Source: an uncultured Candidatus Micrarchaeota archaeon (GTDB lineage: Archaea > Micrarchaeota > Micrarchaeia > Micrarchaeales > Micrarchaeaceae). From it: a stretch of 64,000 nucleotides of DNA. This document shows, in pieces, positions 1 through 10,262 of this stretch. Made by a program: the position numbers and the translations under genes. How positions within the stretch are numbered: position 1 is the first letter of the stretch; the number at the start of each line of letters is the position of its first letter. The notes below the pieces were generated by a model. The model was given only the letters and a program-made list of their open reading frames with translations, was not told where the DNA came from and ran no database searches. The stretch is from the NCBI GenBank assembly GCA_963741095.1, contig CAVUGN010000001.1, forward strand, positions 32,001 to 96,000. Direction: 5' to 3'.

Positions 1-2058
1 AGCCTGTTGTTCTGGCCTGTCGGCGCCAGCCTGGTCTATCAGACCATGGCTCCTCTTCTTGGAATTCTCTCCGCGCCGCTGCAGCTGTTCGGCGTGCCTT
101 TTGCCTATAATGTCGTTTATCTCGTCGGCTTTGCCCTGTCTGGGCTGGGCATGTACGTCCTTGCGGATTACCTGGTGAAGGACAGCAAGGCTTCCTTCGT
201 GGCAGGGATCATCTTCGCCTTCAGCGCCTTCCACATGGCGCAAGCCGTTCATATACACTTCATAAACATAGAATGGGCCCCGCTCTTCGCCTACTTCCTT
301 CTCAGGGCGATCGACGAAAGAAACGACTACTGGAATATACTGGGCATGGGCGTGACCTTCGCGCTCTCGACATTGGCCTCGAACATAGAGGTCAGTCTCA
401 TCATAATATGGATACTGCCGATGGTCTTCGTCTACGATCTCGTGAGCAAGGAGCGCAGGGGCAGGGTGCTGAACAGGTGGTTCGCGATCGTCATGATTCT
501 CTTCGCGGTGACCGCCTTCGTCGCGGGTTCCTGGAATTATGTGCCGATAGCGAGCGCGGTCCTGAGAGGAGGCGGAATAACGACAGCAGACTATCTCAAC
601 AGCCCGGTCTACAACGCGCTGTGGAGCGACAACATCTTCGCCTTCTTCGTGCCCAGCTATTACAACGGGATAGCCTACGCGCTTGGCATATCAAAAGCGT
701 TCTACAACACGATATACTTCAACACGCCGACGGAGCAGATAGCGTACATAGGCTACAGCGTCCTTGTCCTCGCGATCTACGGGCTGTACAGGAACAGGAA
801 GGAGACGAAGATGTGGCTTGCCGGGGCAATAGTGTTTGGCCTGCTCTGCCTGGGTCCGATAGTGCAGGTATGGAGCTACATCCTGAACATTCAGGATGGG
901 CTGTTCGCCCTGTACCGTCTAATCCCCTACATCAGCGTCGTCAGGGAGCCAGGGCGCTTCCAGCTGCTGTTCACGATGTGCGTCGCGGTGATGGCGGCCT
1001 TCGGCTTCAGGGACCTCGACAGGAAGATTGCCAAGGAGCGCGCCAGGATCGGAGCCGGATGGCAGGCCCATGCAGTCACTGCGGTTATATCCCTGATAAT
1101 ACTGGCCGAGCTTGCGGGCCTCCCGCTCGGCGCGCAGTTCATACGCCAGACGACAACCACCCTGTCCGTGCCCAGGATATACGGGGAGTTGGGCAGCATA
1201 GGCCAGAACTTCTCCGTCCTGGAGCTGCCCACCTTGATACTAAACACCAGCACTCCCGCGCTCTACAGCGGCACCGCCACCTATTACACTTCAATCTACA
1301 AGAAGCCGCTCATAGGCGGCGACCTTGGCGGCAGGGAGAACGAGTCCGACGAGGACCTGCTGTACAGCATACCTCTCGTCATGCAGGACTCGGCCGTCCT
1401 TAGCTACGGCATATTCGGGTACATATACCCGGTGGAGCAGAACTACACAAACCAGACGCTGCTGTCGCTGTACAACTACGGGACCGCGGTGGTCATACTG
1501 CAGAAGCAGGCGTACAACAGCACTGATCTTAACTTGATGGCGGGCTACCTGCTCAGCACCTTCGGATCGCCGGTCTACAACGACAACACGACGGTGGCGT
1601 TCCTGACCGCGAACGCGATAGACCATTCAGTGTACCGCAGCTATGTTGCCTATCCGGCCCTTGAGGACTGGAAGAGCGAGAACGCTACAGTGAACGGCAA
1701 GAACACCATACTCTGGTCGCCGATCTACCCGGGCGCAGTTGATGTCTATGCGCCCTACCAGAACACGAGCGACGTGGCTGACGAGATCAACAGCACAGTG
1801 CCCTCGTCCATAAACACGCAGATAAGCTTCGTGGCCGGGTCCAAGTACCCGCAGAGGCTGACGCTGAACGAGCTGCAGCCGGGAGGCAAGTACACAGAGC
1901 TGGCAGAGGTGAACCTCACGGCCACGTACACCAGGTACGTCATGAACGTGACGCTGCAGTCGGGCCCCAACGGCAACCCATTGCTCTTCATGCCCCAGTA
2001 CGGCTACAAGAACCACACGGTCTACATGTGGAACCTGAACTTCTCAAGGGCTGGCTGA
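1..2058 (+). CDS. Polytopic membrane protein with extracellular C-terminal domain, probable GT-C-fold glycosyltransferase (5' partial)
   Basis: Frame open from base 1. Many TM helices, then a soluble domain rich in N-x-S/T sequons. Motifs 'VREPGRF', 'SVLELP' and 'KPLIGG' resemble membrane-embedded GT-C/YfhO-like proteins. Adjacent to S-layer and AglB genes. Confidence 0.55.
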   Translation, partial: SLLFWPVGASLVYQTMAPLLGILSAPLQLFGVPFAYNVVYLVGFALSGLGMYVLADYLVKDSKASFVAGIIFAFSAFHMAQAVHIHFINIEWAPLFAYFLLRAIDERNDYWNILGMGVTFALSTLASNIEVSLIIIWILPMVFVYDLVSKERRGRVLNRWFAIVMILFAVTAFVAGSWNYVPIASAVLRGGGITTADYLNSPVYNALWSDNIFAFFVPSYYNGIAYALGISKAFYNTIYFNTPTEQIAYIGYSVLVLAIYGLYRNRKETKMWLAGAIVFGLLCLGPIVQVWSYILNIQDGLFALYRLIPYISVVREPGRFQLLFTMCVAVMAAFGFRDLDRKIAKERARIGAGWQAHAVTAVISLIILAELAGLPLGAQFIRQTTTTLSVPRIYGELGSIGQNFSVLELPTLILNTSTPALYSGTATYYTSIYKKPLIGGDLGGRENESDEDLLYSIPLVMQDSAVLSYGIFGYIYPVEQNYTNQTLLSLYNYGTAVVILQKQAYNSTDLNLMAGYLLSTFGSPVYNDNTTVAFLTANAIDHSVYRSYVAYPALEDWKSENATVNGKNTILWSPIYPGAVDVYAPYQNTSDVADEINSTVPSSINTQISFVAGSKYPQRLTLNELQPGGKYTELAEVNLTATYTRYVMNVTLQSGPNGNPLLFMPQYGYKNHTVYMWNLNFSRAG

Positions 2059-2267
2059 ATCTGATGGTCATGCTGCCAATGGGCTTTGCCCAGAGGCATT
2101 GCTGCGCTTTGGAGGGATGGATAAGGGATAGGCAGGGGGTTATATCTGATCGCCGATCCGTATCAGCCGTGAGAGCCAGGGCCAGGCAGGGGCGCCGGCA
2201 CCAAGTGTTATTCAGACATGCTGCATCTCTATTGGAATCGGGGTTTGCAGCGATGGCTCTGGTTTTT

Positions 2268-2351
2268 GAAGAAGAAAAAAGGAAAAGAACAGAAAAATAA
2301 AGAAGAAAAGGAAAAGAAAAAAAGAAAGGAAGCAGCTAAATTTAGCTGCTT
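2268..2351 (-). terminator. Terminator of the S-layer gene: 22-bp perfect palindrome over the stop codon followed by a ~60-nt U-rich tract
   Basis: AAGCAGCTAAATTTAGCTGCTT (2330-2351) is self-complementary. 2268-2330 is almost pure A/G on +, so oligo-pyrimidine on the transcribed minus strand. Confidence 0.75.
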
Positions 2352-5347
2352 GCCGCGTTCGCGTACAGTTGCTGTATGAACGCATTTGCCGCCGCAGTGG
2401 TCTGGTCCGCAGAGTAGCCGGCAATCAGTATACGGTTTGTGCCGTACGCCTGGTCAATCTGGGTCGTGGTCGTCATCGACACGTTGTACGCCTGCTGTAG
2501 CTGCGCACTCAGTGTGTTGACGTATCCGCTTCCTATCAAGATCAGGTTGCTGCCTGCATTTGCCTGCGAGTCCAGTACAACCAACGGTGTGGTTGCCAGG
2601 TTGTTCAACAGAACCGGCTGTGTAGCGGTCGATACAGATGGCGTGGCAGTTATGTTGTTTATGCCAGTTATCGTGTACGTGCTACCAGCGCCGAGCGAGC
2701 AACTTGCGGTTACATTCCCGATGCTGACGTTCGCCAGGTTTGTCGGAGATCCCAGCCCGTACGGTCCATAGGACTTGTACGAGGATGTCGTAACATTCGA
2801 GGCGACTGTGCCGACGTCTATCGACAGCATGTCAACGTCCTTCGCGAGCTTCAGCGTCACTGACGCTGGGTTTATGCTCGCCACTTGGCTGCCCCTCTCG
2901 GTCCTGAACGGTGCTATGACCGATATTGGCGTGCCCGAGGTGGAGATGTAGGTCATCTTGTTTGCAGATCCGCCTACGGAGTAGTTCTCCTGCAGCCATC
3001 CTCCGGACATCTGTCCGATTCCTGAGGTGGTGTTCATTATCTCGAAGACCATGTCGTCGTTCGGCGTTGTCTGGCCCGGTACAGGGTTTTCAACCACGTT
3101 GTACGTGAACAGACCATAAGGCACAGCGGTGGTCGATGAAGTCATCGACGCCAACGTGAATGTGCTCTGTGATCCGGTTCCCGGGTTGTATGCAGTGTCG
3201 GCGTTGTTCGCGTTCTGCACTGAATATGTGTACCTGTTGCCTGACGATGCTGTGAACAATACCGGTGGTATCGCCGCCAGGTATGCAAGCACGTTTGCCG
3301 CAGCGTTCGTTCCGCCTATGCCGCTCTCATACCAACCAGAGTTGCTCGTTACGACCACGGTAAGGCCTGGGATGTCCTCAGAGACCTTTATCGAGGTAAC
3401 GTTGTACAGGGTTGTCAACGAAGCCACACCCATGCCCAAAGCACCCGAAGTAAGTATGTTGCTGCCTATTGTGTTTAGGAGCACGGTGTTGGGTGATGTG
3501 CTTGTTGCAGTGTTCGTTGCATATCCTGTTACAGTCACCTGTAGCGGGTATGTTGCACTGACCAATCCGTTGTACGGGGCTGCCGCGTAGGCAAACATGT
3601 ATTCTTCGGTACCGGTTGAGCCTGCAGCCGAGGTTATGGAGTTAGAGACCTCGTACAGGTTGTATGGCACTAGGTTGTACATCAACGACTGCCCTGAAGT
3701 CGAGACCGAAGAGCTGAATACGTTTGGTATTTGGCTCGATACGGTCAGGTACTGCGCAGGCTCTGTTATGTTGTCGATGGTACCCAGACCCTTTGTCGCA
3801 GCTCCCTGCGAGTTCTGGTAGTTGACCTGGTTTATCGAGGACAGTGTTGCCTGCAACGAGTCGAAGTTGTTGCCCAGCGTGTCACCGGCAAGGGTCATCT
3901 TGTAAGCAGATGGGTTGCCTATGAAGCTGAACGGCGTTCCCTGCATCAGTGAGGTCACTGGTGAGGTGTTGTACGCTATTATCGTCTGCAGCGCGCTTAC
4001 CGTTGTTCCTGAGGTGGCGTTTGTCCATCCCAAGAGTACAGTCCAGCCTGGGGTGGTTGTGGAGTTCCAAGCGGAGCCGCTCTTGAACGGCTGGACGTTT
4101 GAGAACAGCTGCATCTTCGCCCACTTCTGGTATTGATATAGACCAGCGAAGGTGGACTGGATGTTCACCATCAGCAGGTTTCCGGTTACGTTGAACCTTA
4201 TGTTCGCAGATCCCGGGGCTGCCTGTGTGGTGTTCGTCAGTTGGCCGTTGTAGTAGACAGCCAATGATGCAGGCGAAACTCCGTTGGAGTTAGGCTGACC
4301 CAAGTCTGTAAGCTGCACTGTGAATGGCCCGCTCGTCAGGTTGTGGCCGACATATACGGTGGTCAATGGCACCAGCGATGATGCGAGTGTCACTATTCCG
4401 CCGAACACGTCGTTCGAAGCAGCTACTGTGCCGCCTATCTGGTCGTATGAGCCCGATGGGGTTGTGTAGTTCAGTATCGTCCAGGTCTTGCCCAACAGAG
4501 TTATGCTCGGCTGGTTGACGCTGTTCGATGATGTCATTATCGGTATTGGCTTGCCGAAGGTCACCTGGTATGCACCGCCAGCGCTCGCGATTGCGAACTG
4601 GTTGACCGGTGAGCTTGTGGTTCCCTGGTCATATACCGGGAATCCTGTTAGCCAAAGTGATTCGGTCTCGCCGTATTGGCCGGAGTTTGACAGCAACGCA
4701 GGGACCTGTGTGTTTGTCACCTGAAGCACGTTGTCGTAGGTGCCAGCGGTGTTCCTGAGTCCTGATCCGCCGGTGAAGCTGACTCCACCCGTTGCGGTCG
4801 AAATGATCGAGGTCCATGGCGCTCCACCACTCACTGAGGTGTACGGGCTTGCTGTTACTGAAGAGACCAGCGAGTAGGATACCGGGTATGCGTAGGTTGC
4901 GCCCTGCAATGACTTAGTATATGCAGGCGATCCCAGAATCACTGCCCTGTTGAGGACCGAGCCTATCAATGCCGAGAAGGCGTATGATCCGCTTGGTGCG
5001 GCAGCAGCGCTCTCGTTCAGCCAAACCTGTGGGTTTGATATGCTGGTGCCACTTGATGAGGATACTGCCACCTTCAGCACGCTCTGCGCCTGACTAGCGT
5101 TGACTGATGCGGTGACTGGTACGCTCGTGTACGCCAGGTTGCCGATTGCTGCAGCAATGTTTGCGGCGGAAACTCCGTCAGCAGGCTTTGCTGTCGAGCC
5201 GATTACAACCTGCACGACCGGTTGGCCGCTGTTGCTGATTATCGGTACGCTCTGGAAAGTTACAGGGCCTGCGAACGCAAGTCCTATGCCCAAAAGGGCA
5301 GCTCCAGCTGCTATCGCAGCTACACGTTTTGCATTCAGAGTTTTCAT
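2342..5347 (-). CDS. S-layer (glyco)protein, ~1000 aa
   Basis: Start re-assigned to ATG 5347 (GTGAT SD 3 nt upstream). Signal peptide MKTLNAKRVAAIAAGAALLGIGLAFA. Archaeal S-layer motifs 'VVIGSTAKPADGVSAANIAAAIG' (N-term) and 'NLILIGSGYVNTLS...ILIAGYSADQTTAAA' (C-term). S/T/N/G-rich with at least 15 N-glycosylation sequons. Confidence 0.88.
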   Translation of the reverse strand: MKTLNAKRVAAIAAGAALLGIGLAFAGPVTFQSVPIISNSGQPVVQVVIGSTAKPADGVSAANIAAAIGNLAYTSVPVTASVNASQAQSVLKVAVSSSSGTSISNPQVWLNESAAAAPSGSYAFSALIGSVLNRAVILGSPAYTKSLQGATYAYPVSYSLVSSVTASPYTSVSGGAPWTSIISTATGGVSFTGGSGLRNTAGTYDNVLQVTNTQVPALLSNSGQYGETESLWLTGFPVYDQGTTSSPVNQFAIASAGGAYQVTFGKPIPIMTSSNSVNQPSITLLGKTWTILNYTTPSGSYDQIGGTVAASNDVFGGIVTLASSLVPLTTVYVGHNLTSGPFTVQLTDLGQPNSNGVSPASLAVYYNGQLTNTTQAAPGSANIRFNVTGNLLMVNIQSTFAGLYQYQKWAKMQLFSNVQPFKSGSAWNSTTTPGWTVLLGWTNATSGTTVSALQTIIAYNTSPVTSLMQGTPFSFIGNPSAYKMTLAGDTLGNNFDSLQATLSSINQVNYQNSQGAATKGLGTIDNITEPAQYLTVSSQIPNVFSSSVSTSGQSLMYNLVPYNLYEVSNSITSAAGSTGTEEYMFAYAAAPYNGLVSATYPLQVTVTGYATNTATSTSPNTVLLNTIGSNILTSGALGMGVASLTTLYNVTSIKVSEDIPGLTVVVTSNSGWYESGIGGTNAAANVLAYLAAIPPVLFTASSGNRYTYSVQNANNADTAYNPGTGSQSTFTLASMTSSTTAVPYGLFTYNVVENPVPGQTTPNDDMVFEIMNTTSGIGQMSGGWLQENYSVGGSANKMTYISTSGTPISVIAPFRTERGSQVASINPASVTLKLAKDVDMLSIDVGTVASNVTTSSYKSYGPYGLGSPTNLANVSIGNVTASCSLGAGSTYTITGINNITATPSVSTATQPVLLNNLATTPLVVLDSQANAGSNLILIGSGYVNTLSAQLQQAYNVSMTTTTQIDQAYGTNRILIAGYSADQTTAAANAFIQQLYANAASS

Positions 5348-5390
5348 TCTATCACGTAAGCATTTTTGTGAAGGTATAACCAAAGTAAGG

Positions 5391-5398
5391 TATTTAAA
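5391..5398 (-). promoter_or_regulatory. Putative TATA box of the S-layer gene
   Basis: TTTAAATA on the minus strand ~45-50 nt upstream of the ATG, in an AT-rich intergenic region. Confidence 0.5.
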
Positions 5399-5500
5399 CC
5401 CATAGCCCATCATTAACATTTCTTTTATATATATCCGTTTATACTTCGTCATTTGTCATACATGCTCTCTTTTATCAACGTCCTGCTTCGACGGAGGGCA

Positions 5501-7536
5501 TTATGCCCCGCGTCGACTCTTTTTCTTGCCCTTGAGCATTGCGTAGGCGATGACCGCCACGATCACTATGACAACGATGGCCGCGATCAGGTAGGTCGTG
5601 CCGCTGCTGCCGTAAGTTGGCTGCGCTATTGTAGTTGGAGCCACGGTGACAGGCAATGTGGTTGTCGGGAGCACGGTCGTTGTCGTGGTCGTCGAGACAG
5701 TGTTATTCTCGAACAGCCCCACGACCGGATCCTTCGGCACCGTGAATGTCACTGTGCACGAGCCGCTGTTGACCGTGAAGGGAGTTATTGCTATCCACGT
5801 GCCGTTCTTCTGTATGTATGGCACGATGGAGCCGGCAGGCAGGCTGCACGGATAGGAGAGCGTCGCGTTCACGACTATCGTTCCCGTTGTTGACAGCGTT
5901 ATGTTGACCGCTATTAGCTTCGTGTAGCCCACTGGGGCAGGAGACGAGCTCGAGGTCACGTCTGATGTGCCGACCTCTACCGTCGCGCTGCCGCTTGATG
6001 TGGTTATCAGGATAGAAGCGGGTATGCCGGTTACGTTGATCTCCACCGGTGCGCCCGCGGACGCCGTGACATTGACCGTGCCGTTCACGGTCGGGAATAT
6101 TGGTATGACAGTCGTCGTTACCACGGTCGAGACGGTCGTGGTCGTCGAGGCGACAGTTGTTGTGGATGATGCTCCGCCGCCACCGCCTGTTGAGCCTCCG
6201 CCGCCAGTCGGTTGCTGCTGAACGTTAAGGGTCACGGTGAATGAATCGGAGGCGTAGTTGCCGTTGCCGGGATTGGTGAAGGTGAATGCATAGGTTCCGA
6301 CCTGCGTCTGCTCGCCGAACGAGTACAGCGAATTGGTCGTCGAGACTAGACCGCTGTTCTCGTAGACGTTCCACGGCGACTGGCCGTTTATCGTGCTCAC
6401 TCCGACGAACGATATGCCGGCTATGTCGTAATAGCCAGCGGTGTACGAGGCGGTTGTGCTCGTGGTCTGAGCGCTCTGTCCCGTGTCCGTGTAGGTAACC
6501 ACCCCGGAGGTCGTGTTCATGCTTACGACTATGGTGTTGGTTGCCTGCGGCAGGACAAACAGCGTGTTGGCGTCTGTTGCGACCACGTTGAATTGGTAGC
6601 TGCCGACTCCCGGAGTAGTAAGTATATAAGAGGATCCTGCACCGCCTACGGCCGCGCCGGTCACGACCGCGCCGTTGAGCGTCCACTGGAAGTTGAAGGT
6701 GCCGCTGCCGCCGGTGACGAGTGCGTTGACCGTAACAGTGTTCCCGTAGACCATCAAGTTGGTTACGGTGCCTATCGAGGCGGTTGAGGTCAGAGCGACA
6801 GTGGGCGCGGTGGTTTCAACGGTCACGGTGTTGCTTGCGCTGCAGACGACGTTCTTCGTCGTAGCAGAGTCGACGCTGTTGAAGCTGTAGGTGTTCGTGG
6901 CCAATGGGCTTACAAGCAATGTCGCGCCAGAGCCGATGTTCGTGCCTCCGCAGTTCGCAGCGTTGAACCAGTTGTAAGTGTAGGGCGACGAGCCTCCGGT
7001 GGGTGCGCCGGCAGTCAGAAGCGAGACCTGGCCGCTGTCGATGACCGTGTTGGATTCCGTCAGTAAGCCTGCCGTGAGCTGCGGGTTTATCAGCACGTTA
7101 CCGGTCATGGTTGCCGAATTTGATCCAGTCGAATCGACGATATACGCCTTGAATGTCCAGAGGCCGATTATCGTGTTTGTCCCTATCATGTTAGTAGTAT
7201 AGCTGACACCGTTGAATGTGAATATTATCGAGTTCTGTGCGATTGTCGTGGGCGCATTTACCGCAAGTATGGAGTTCCAAGCCGTTCCGACCAAGATGTT
7301 TGCCATTATCGTGTTGCTAAGTGTCACGGCATTGCTGCTCGGGGCGGTCCACACCCAGTTGCCGGTGTATTGCGGGACGCCGCCGCTGGCGATTGTATTC
7401 AGCGTGGTGGTCTGGCCGACATCGATTATCGTGTTGGCTATTGGAGCGACAGAAAAGGCTGCAGATGTACTCTGCATCAACACAGCCGCGAAAACATCAG
7501 CGCAAAAAGCAGTACCACTCCACTCTTATTGTTCAT
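5501..7536 (-). CDS. Secreted, membrane-anchored cell-surface protein (Ig/PKD-like beta repeats, Gly/Thr linker, PGF-pre-PGF-like domain, C-terminal TM); 1-nt frameshift in the signal peptide
   Basis: ATG 7536 gives MNNKSGVVLLFALMF. Adding one base in the A4 run at 7491-7494 joins it to AAVLMQSTSAAFS. Contains GGGGSTGGGGG and poly-Thr linkers, and a C-terminal TM helix with a basic tail (KGKKKSRRGA). Confidence 0.75.
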
Positions 7537-7773
7537 AGCAACACACTTGGACTTGTGCAGGCTTCTCTGATAAGATTTTTAAAGCTTTGTCAATAATGCC
7601 TTTTTAGATTTGTGGATATCTTTCGCTTTTCGGAGCGAAGCTGCGTAGCGAGTGGCCGTTGATTTTTTTGCCGCGATTTGCAGACCGCACGTGGGTCCGG
7701 TAGCGTATGTGTTTATAAATCTGAACAGATAAATCCTGCTTGCATTTGCTTTGTTGTATCTTGGGGGTATTGG

Positions 7774-10244
7774 ATGGCAGAAAACGCAGCAACAGACGGC
7801 ACTGAACGCGCTTCTTCGGGCATTTTCGGAGCATGGGTCGACAGCATCGACGACGTGATTCACAACAAATATTTCCTGATTGCGGCTTTCGCGGCCATAA
7901 TTCTTCTTGCAGTATTCCTAAGAATAGGCATGCTGCAGTACCAGGGCCTCTTCGAGCCGGACGGCTTCTACTATTATTCAGTAGTAATGCAGACCGTCAG
8001 CAACCACTTCATGGTGCCGGCGGTGGATGTCCTGCTCTCGGATTCCCAGTCCATATCATGAGAGGGGAGCAGCCGGGCCTGGAGTACCTGACGGTCCTGC
8101 CGGGTTTCGTGCTGCAGTACTTCGGCATCAGTTATCTTACGGTGATGAGGTTCATGCCGGTGCTCTTCGGCGTGCTTTACACAATTCTCGCATATTTCAT
8201 CGCGAAGCATATCTCCAACAGTCGGATGTTGGGGCTGCTCGCGATGTTCTTCGTCGCGGTCTCAGCGGCAACATAGCCAGGACGGCGGCACTGGTCTACA
8301 GGGGAGACAGCTTCATAGCCCTGTCGCTGATGGTCGCATTGCTGCTGATGCTGAGGTGCTTGACGGCAAAAAGAGCTGCAAGAAGAAGATTGTTTATTCT
8401 GATATTGTCGGCAGTCGCGCTGAGCACGGGCATCCTCGTATGGACGGGCTCTGCAGTGATAATAGCAGTGTACATGTTCGCCCTCCTTATGCTGATAGGC
8501 TACGGCTTCGTCGCAGCCAGGAAGGAGATGGTCGAGACGAACGTGATGCTCTCGCTGGGGCTTCTGCTCGCTTATCTCTTGGAGCACCTCTACGTCTATC
8601 TGTGGCACGTTTATCCGGTCTCGCTGTACAGCATCGAGTTCCTCCCGCTTTACATACCGGTGCTCGTCGCGGCTTTGGCTGCGATGTACCTCGTAGGGCA
8701 CAAGGAGAGGTTCCCTATGCTTGGCACGGCAAGGGGCAGGATCACGGTCGTCGCGGTGGTCGCAATCGTCGCCGCGCTGATAGGATTCTACCCGGTGACC
8801 TCGTACGTGTGGCACACGGTCGAAGGAACCTCATCGTCATTGAACGCGACCGCCAACCCGGTCGGAGCGACGACGCAGGAGCTGCAGGCGCCTAGCTACC
8901 AGTTCCTCTTCGCTAGCTTCAATTACCAATTGTTCTTCGCGCCCTTGGCAGTGCTGCTCTTCCTTCTGCTGGCGAGCAGGTACGACGGCAAGGGCAAGGA
9001 CCACTTCAGCTTGATGGGGATGGATCTCAGCATAAACAGCGGTTTCCTCGTAGCCTTCGCGTACTTCTTCGTCACCAGCTTCATGCAGGCACTTGCAATA
9101 AGATACAATGCGATAGTCTCGATACCCATCGCGCTCCTGGCCGCCTATTTCGTCTACGTGCTGTACATGGCGGTGAAGGACTGGTCCATCAGCAACAGGA
9201 CAGTCATGCTCCCGCTTGTCGCGGTCATAGACATCGCGCTGCTTTATGAGTTGTACACGAACATCTGGCCCTCTGCAGTCGCGGCGAACATACTGCTTCT
9301 TGCCTTCGGGGGCATAATCAACGTGATCATCATAGCGCTGGTAATAGCGTACAGCATCTACGCGGTTATGATGGGGAACCTGAAGATGCGATACGTCTAT
9401 GTCGGGGTGATTGCAGTGATACTGGTGTTCAACCTTTACAACACTTACATCGCTTCGATAACCGCGAGCCAGGCGGACGGGATAAATCCGCAGTTCCTGG
9501 ATGCGATGACATGGATGAAGGGCAACACACCCTCGAACTCGACTGTCGTTGCGGTGTGGCCGGACGGATCGGTCGTCGAAGCTTGGGGCAACAGGACCAG
9601 CCTTCATTGACAGCGTCGGAGGAGAAAAAGGACCGCCGATACTCGGGTTCACGAAATTCTTGTTCAACACGACGTCGGACACGCAATATCTTTATTCAAT
9701 AGGGAAGCCCAACTATCTTGTCGCAAGGAGCTTCTGGTACCAGGAGCTTGGAGGGCTTGCGATTGAGGGAGAGGTGACCAATGCCTCGCAGTTCGGCTTC
9801 GTGGCGCTCAGCACGCAGCAGGTGACGCACAACGACACCGCGCAGTTCTACTCGTTCGGATCTGGACCTCGTACAGGGCGATGTTGGTGATGAAACCCCA
9901 GCAGAACGGCACGGCAGCGCGGTCAACGGCTTCATAGGCGCCATTCGTAAGCAGCAACTACGCGCAGGTGAAGGACGTGATGTTCTACAACCAGGTCAAC
10001 TACACCTACAGCGGTAATAAGGTCCAACTCGACCAACACGCTGAACTACACGCTGCTGATGATGTACACCAACAGAACGATAGACGGAGCCGTGATACTG
10101 GGATTGGATCTGCCTTCGAGCAACCTCTTCAGGTTCAGCTTCCTCTGCAACTACCAGGAGTGCCCGTACGGCGACGGGAACGTGACGATGACCCCAGTCT
10201 ACATAAACGGGGACACGCGCATACTGAAGATAAACTACAAGTGA
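7774..10244 (+). CDS. aglB: Oligosaccharyltransferase STT3/AglB-like, broken by about 7 single-base frameshifts (~8040, 8265, 9600, 9870, 9915, 9945, 10012)
   Basis: Stitched fragments give 'FEPDGFYYY', multiple TMs, 'GATTQELQAP' (TIxE-like), 'AIRY' and 'AMTWMKGNTPSNSTVVAVWPDGSVVEAWGNRTS.IDS' at the WWDYG position, ending 'NGDTRILKINY'. Confidence 0.8.
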
Positions 10245-10262
10245 TGCGCAACAGCGAAGCGG

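Noticed and set aside
273-1403. Long alternative-frame and antisense ORFs (also 49093-50142, 54376-55617, 56939-57859)
   Set aside because: These are shadow ORFs expected from GC3-rich codon usage overlapping well-supported genes, with no protein motifs.
2059-2267. ncRNA or G-quadruplex in the GT-C/S-layer intergenic region
   Set aside because: Only short stems (e.g. 2220-2251) and irregular G-runs. No recognisable tRNA, SRP or C/D box features.
6100-6215. Low-complexity GTC/GGT/GCC DNA repeats
   Set aside because: Fully explained by the Thr/Gly linkers of the surface protein.
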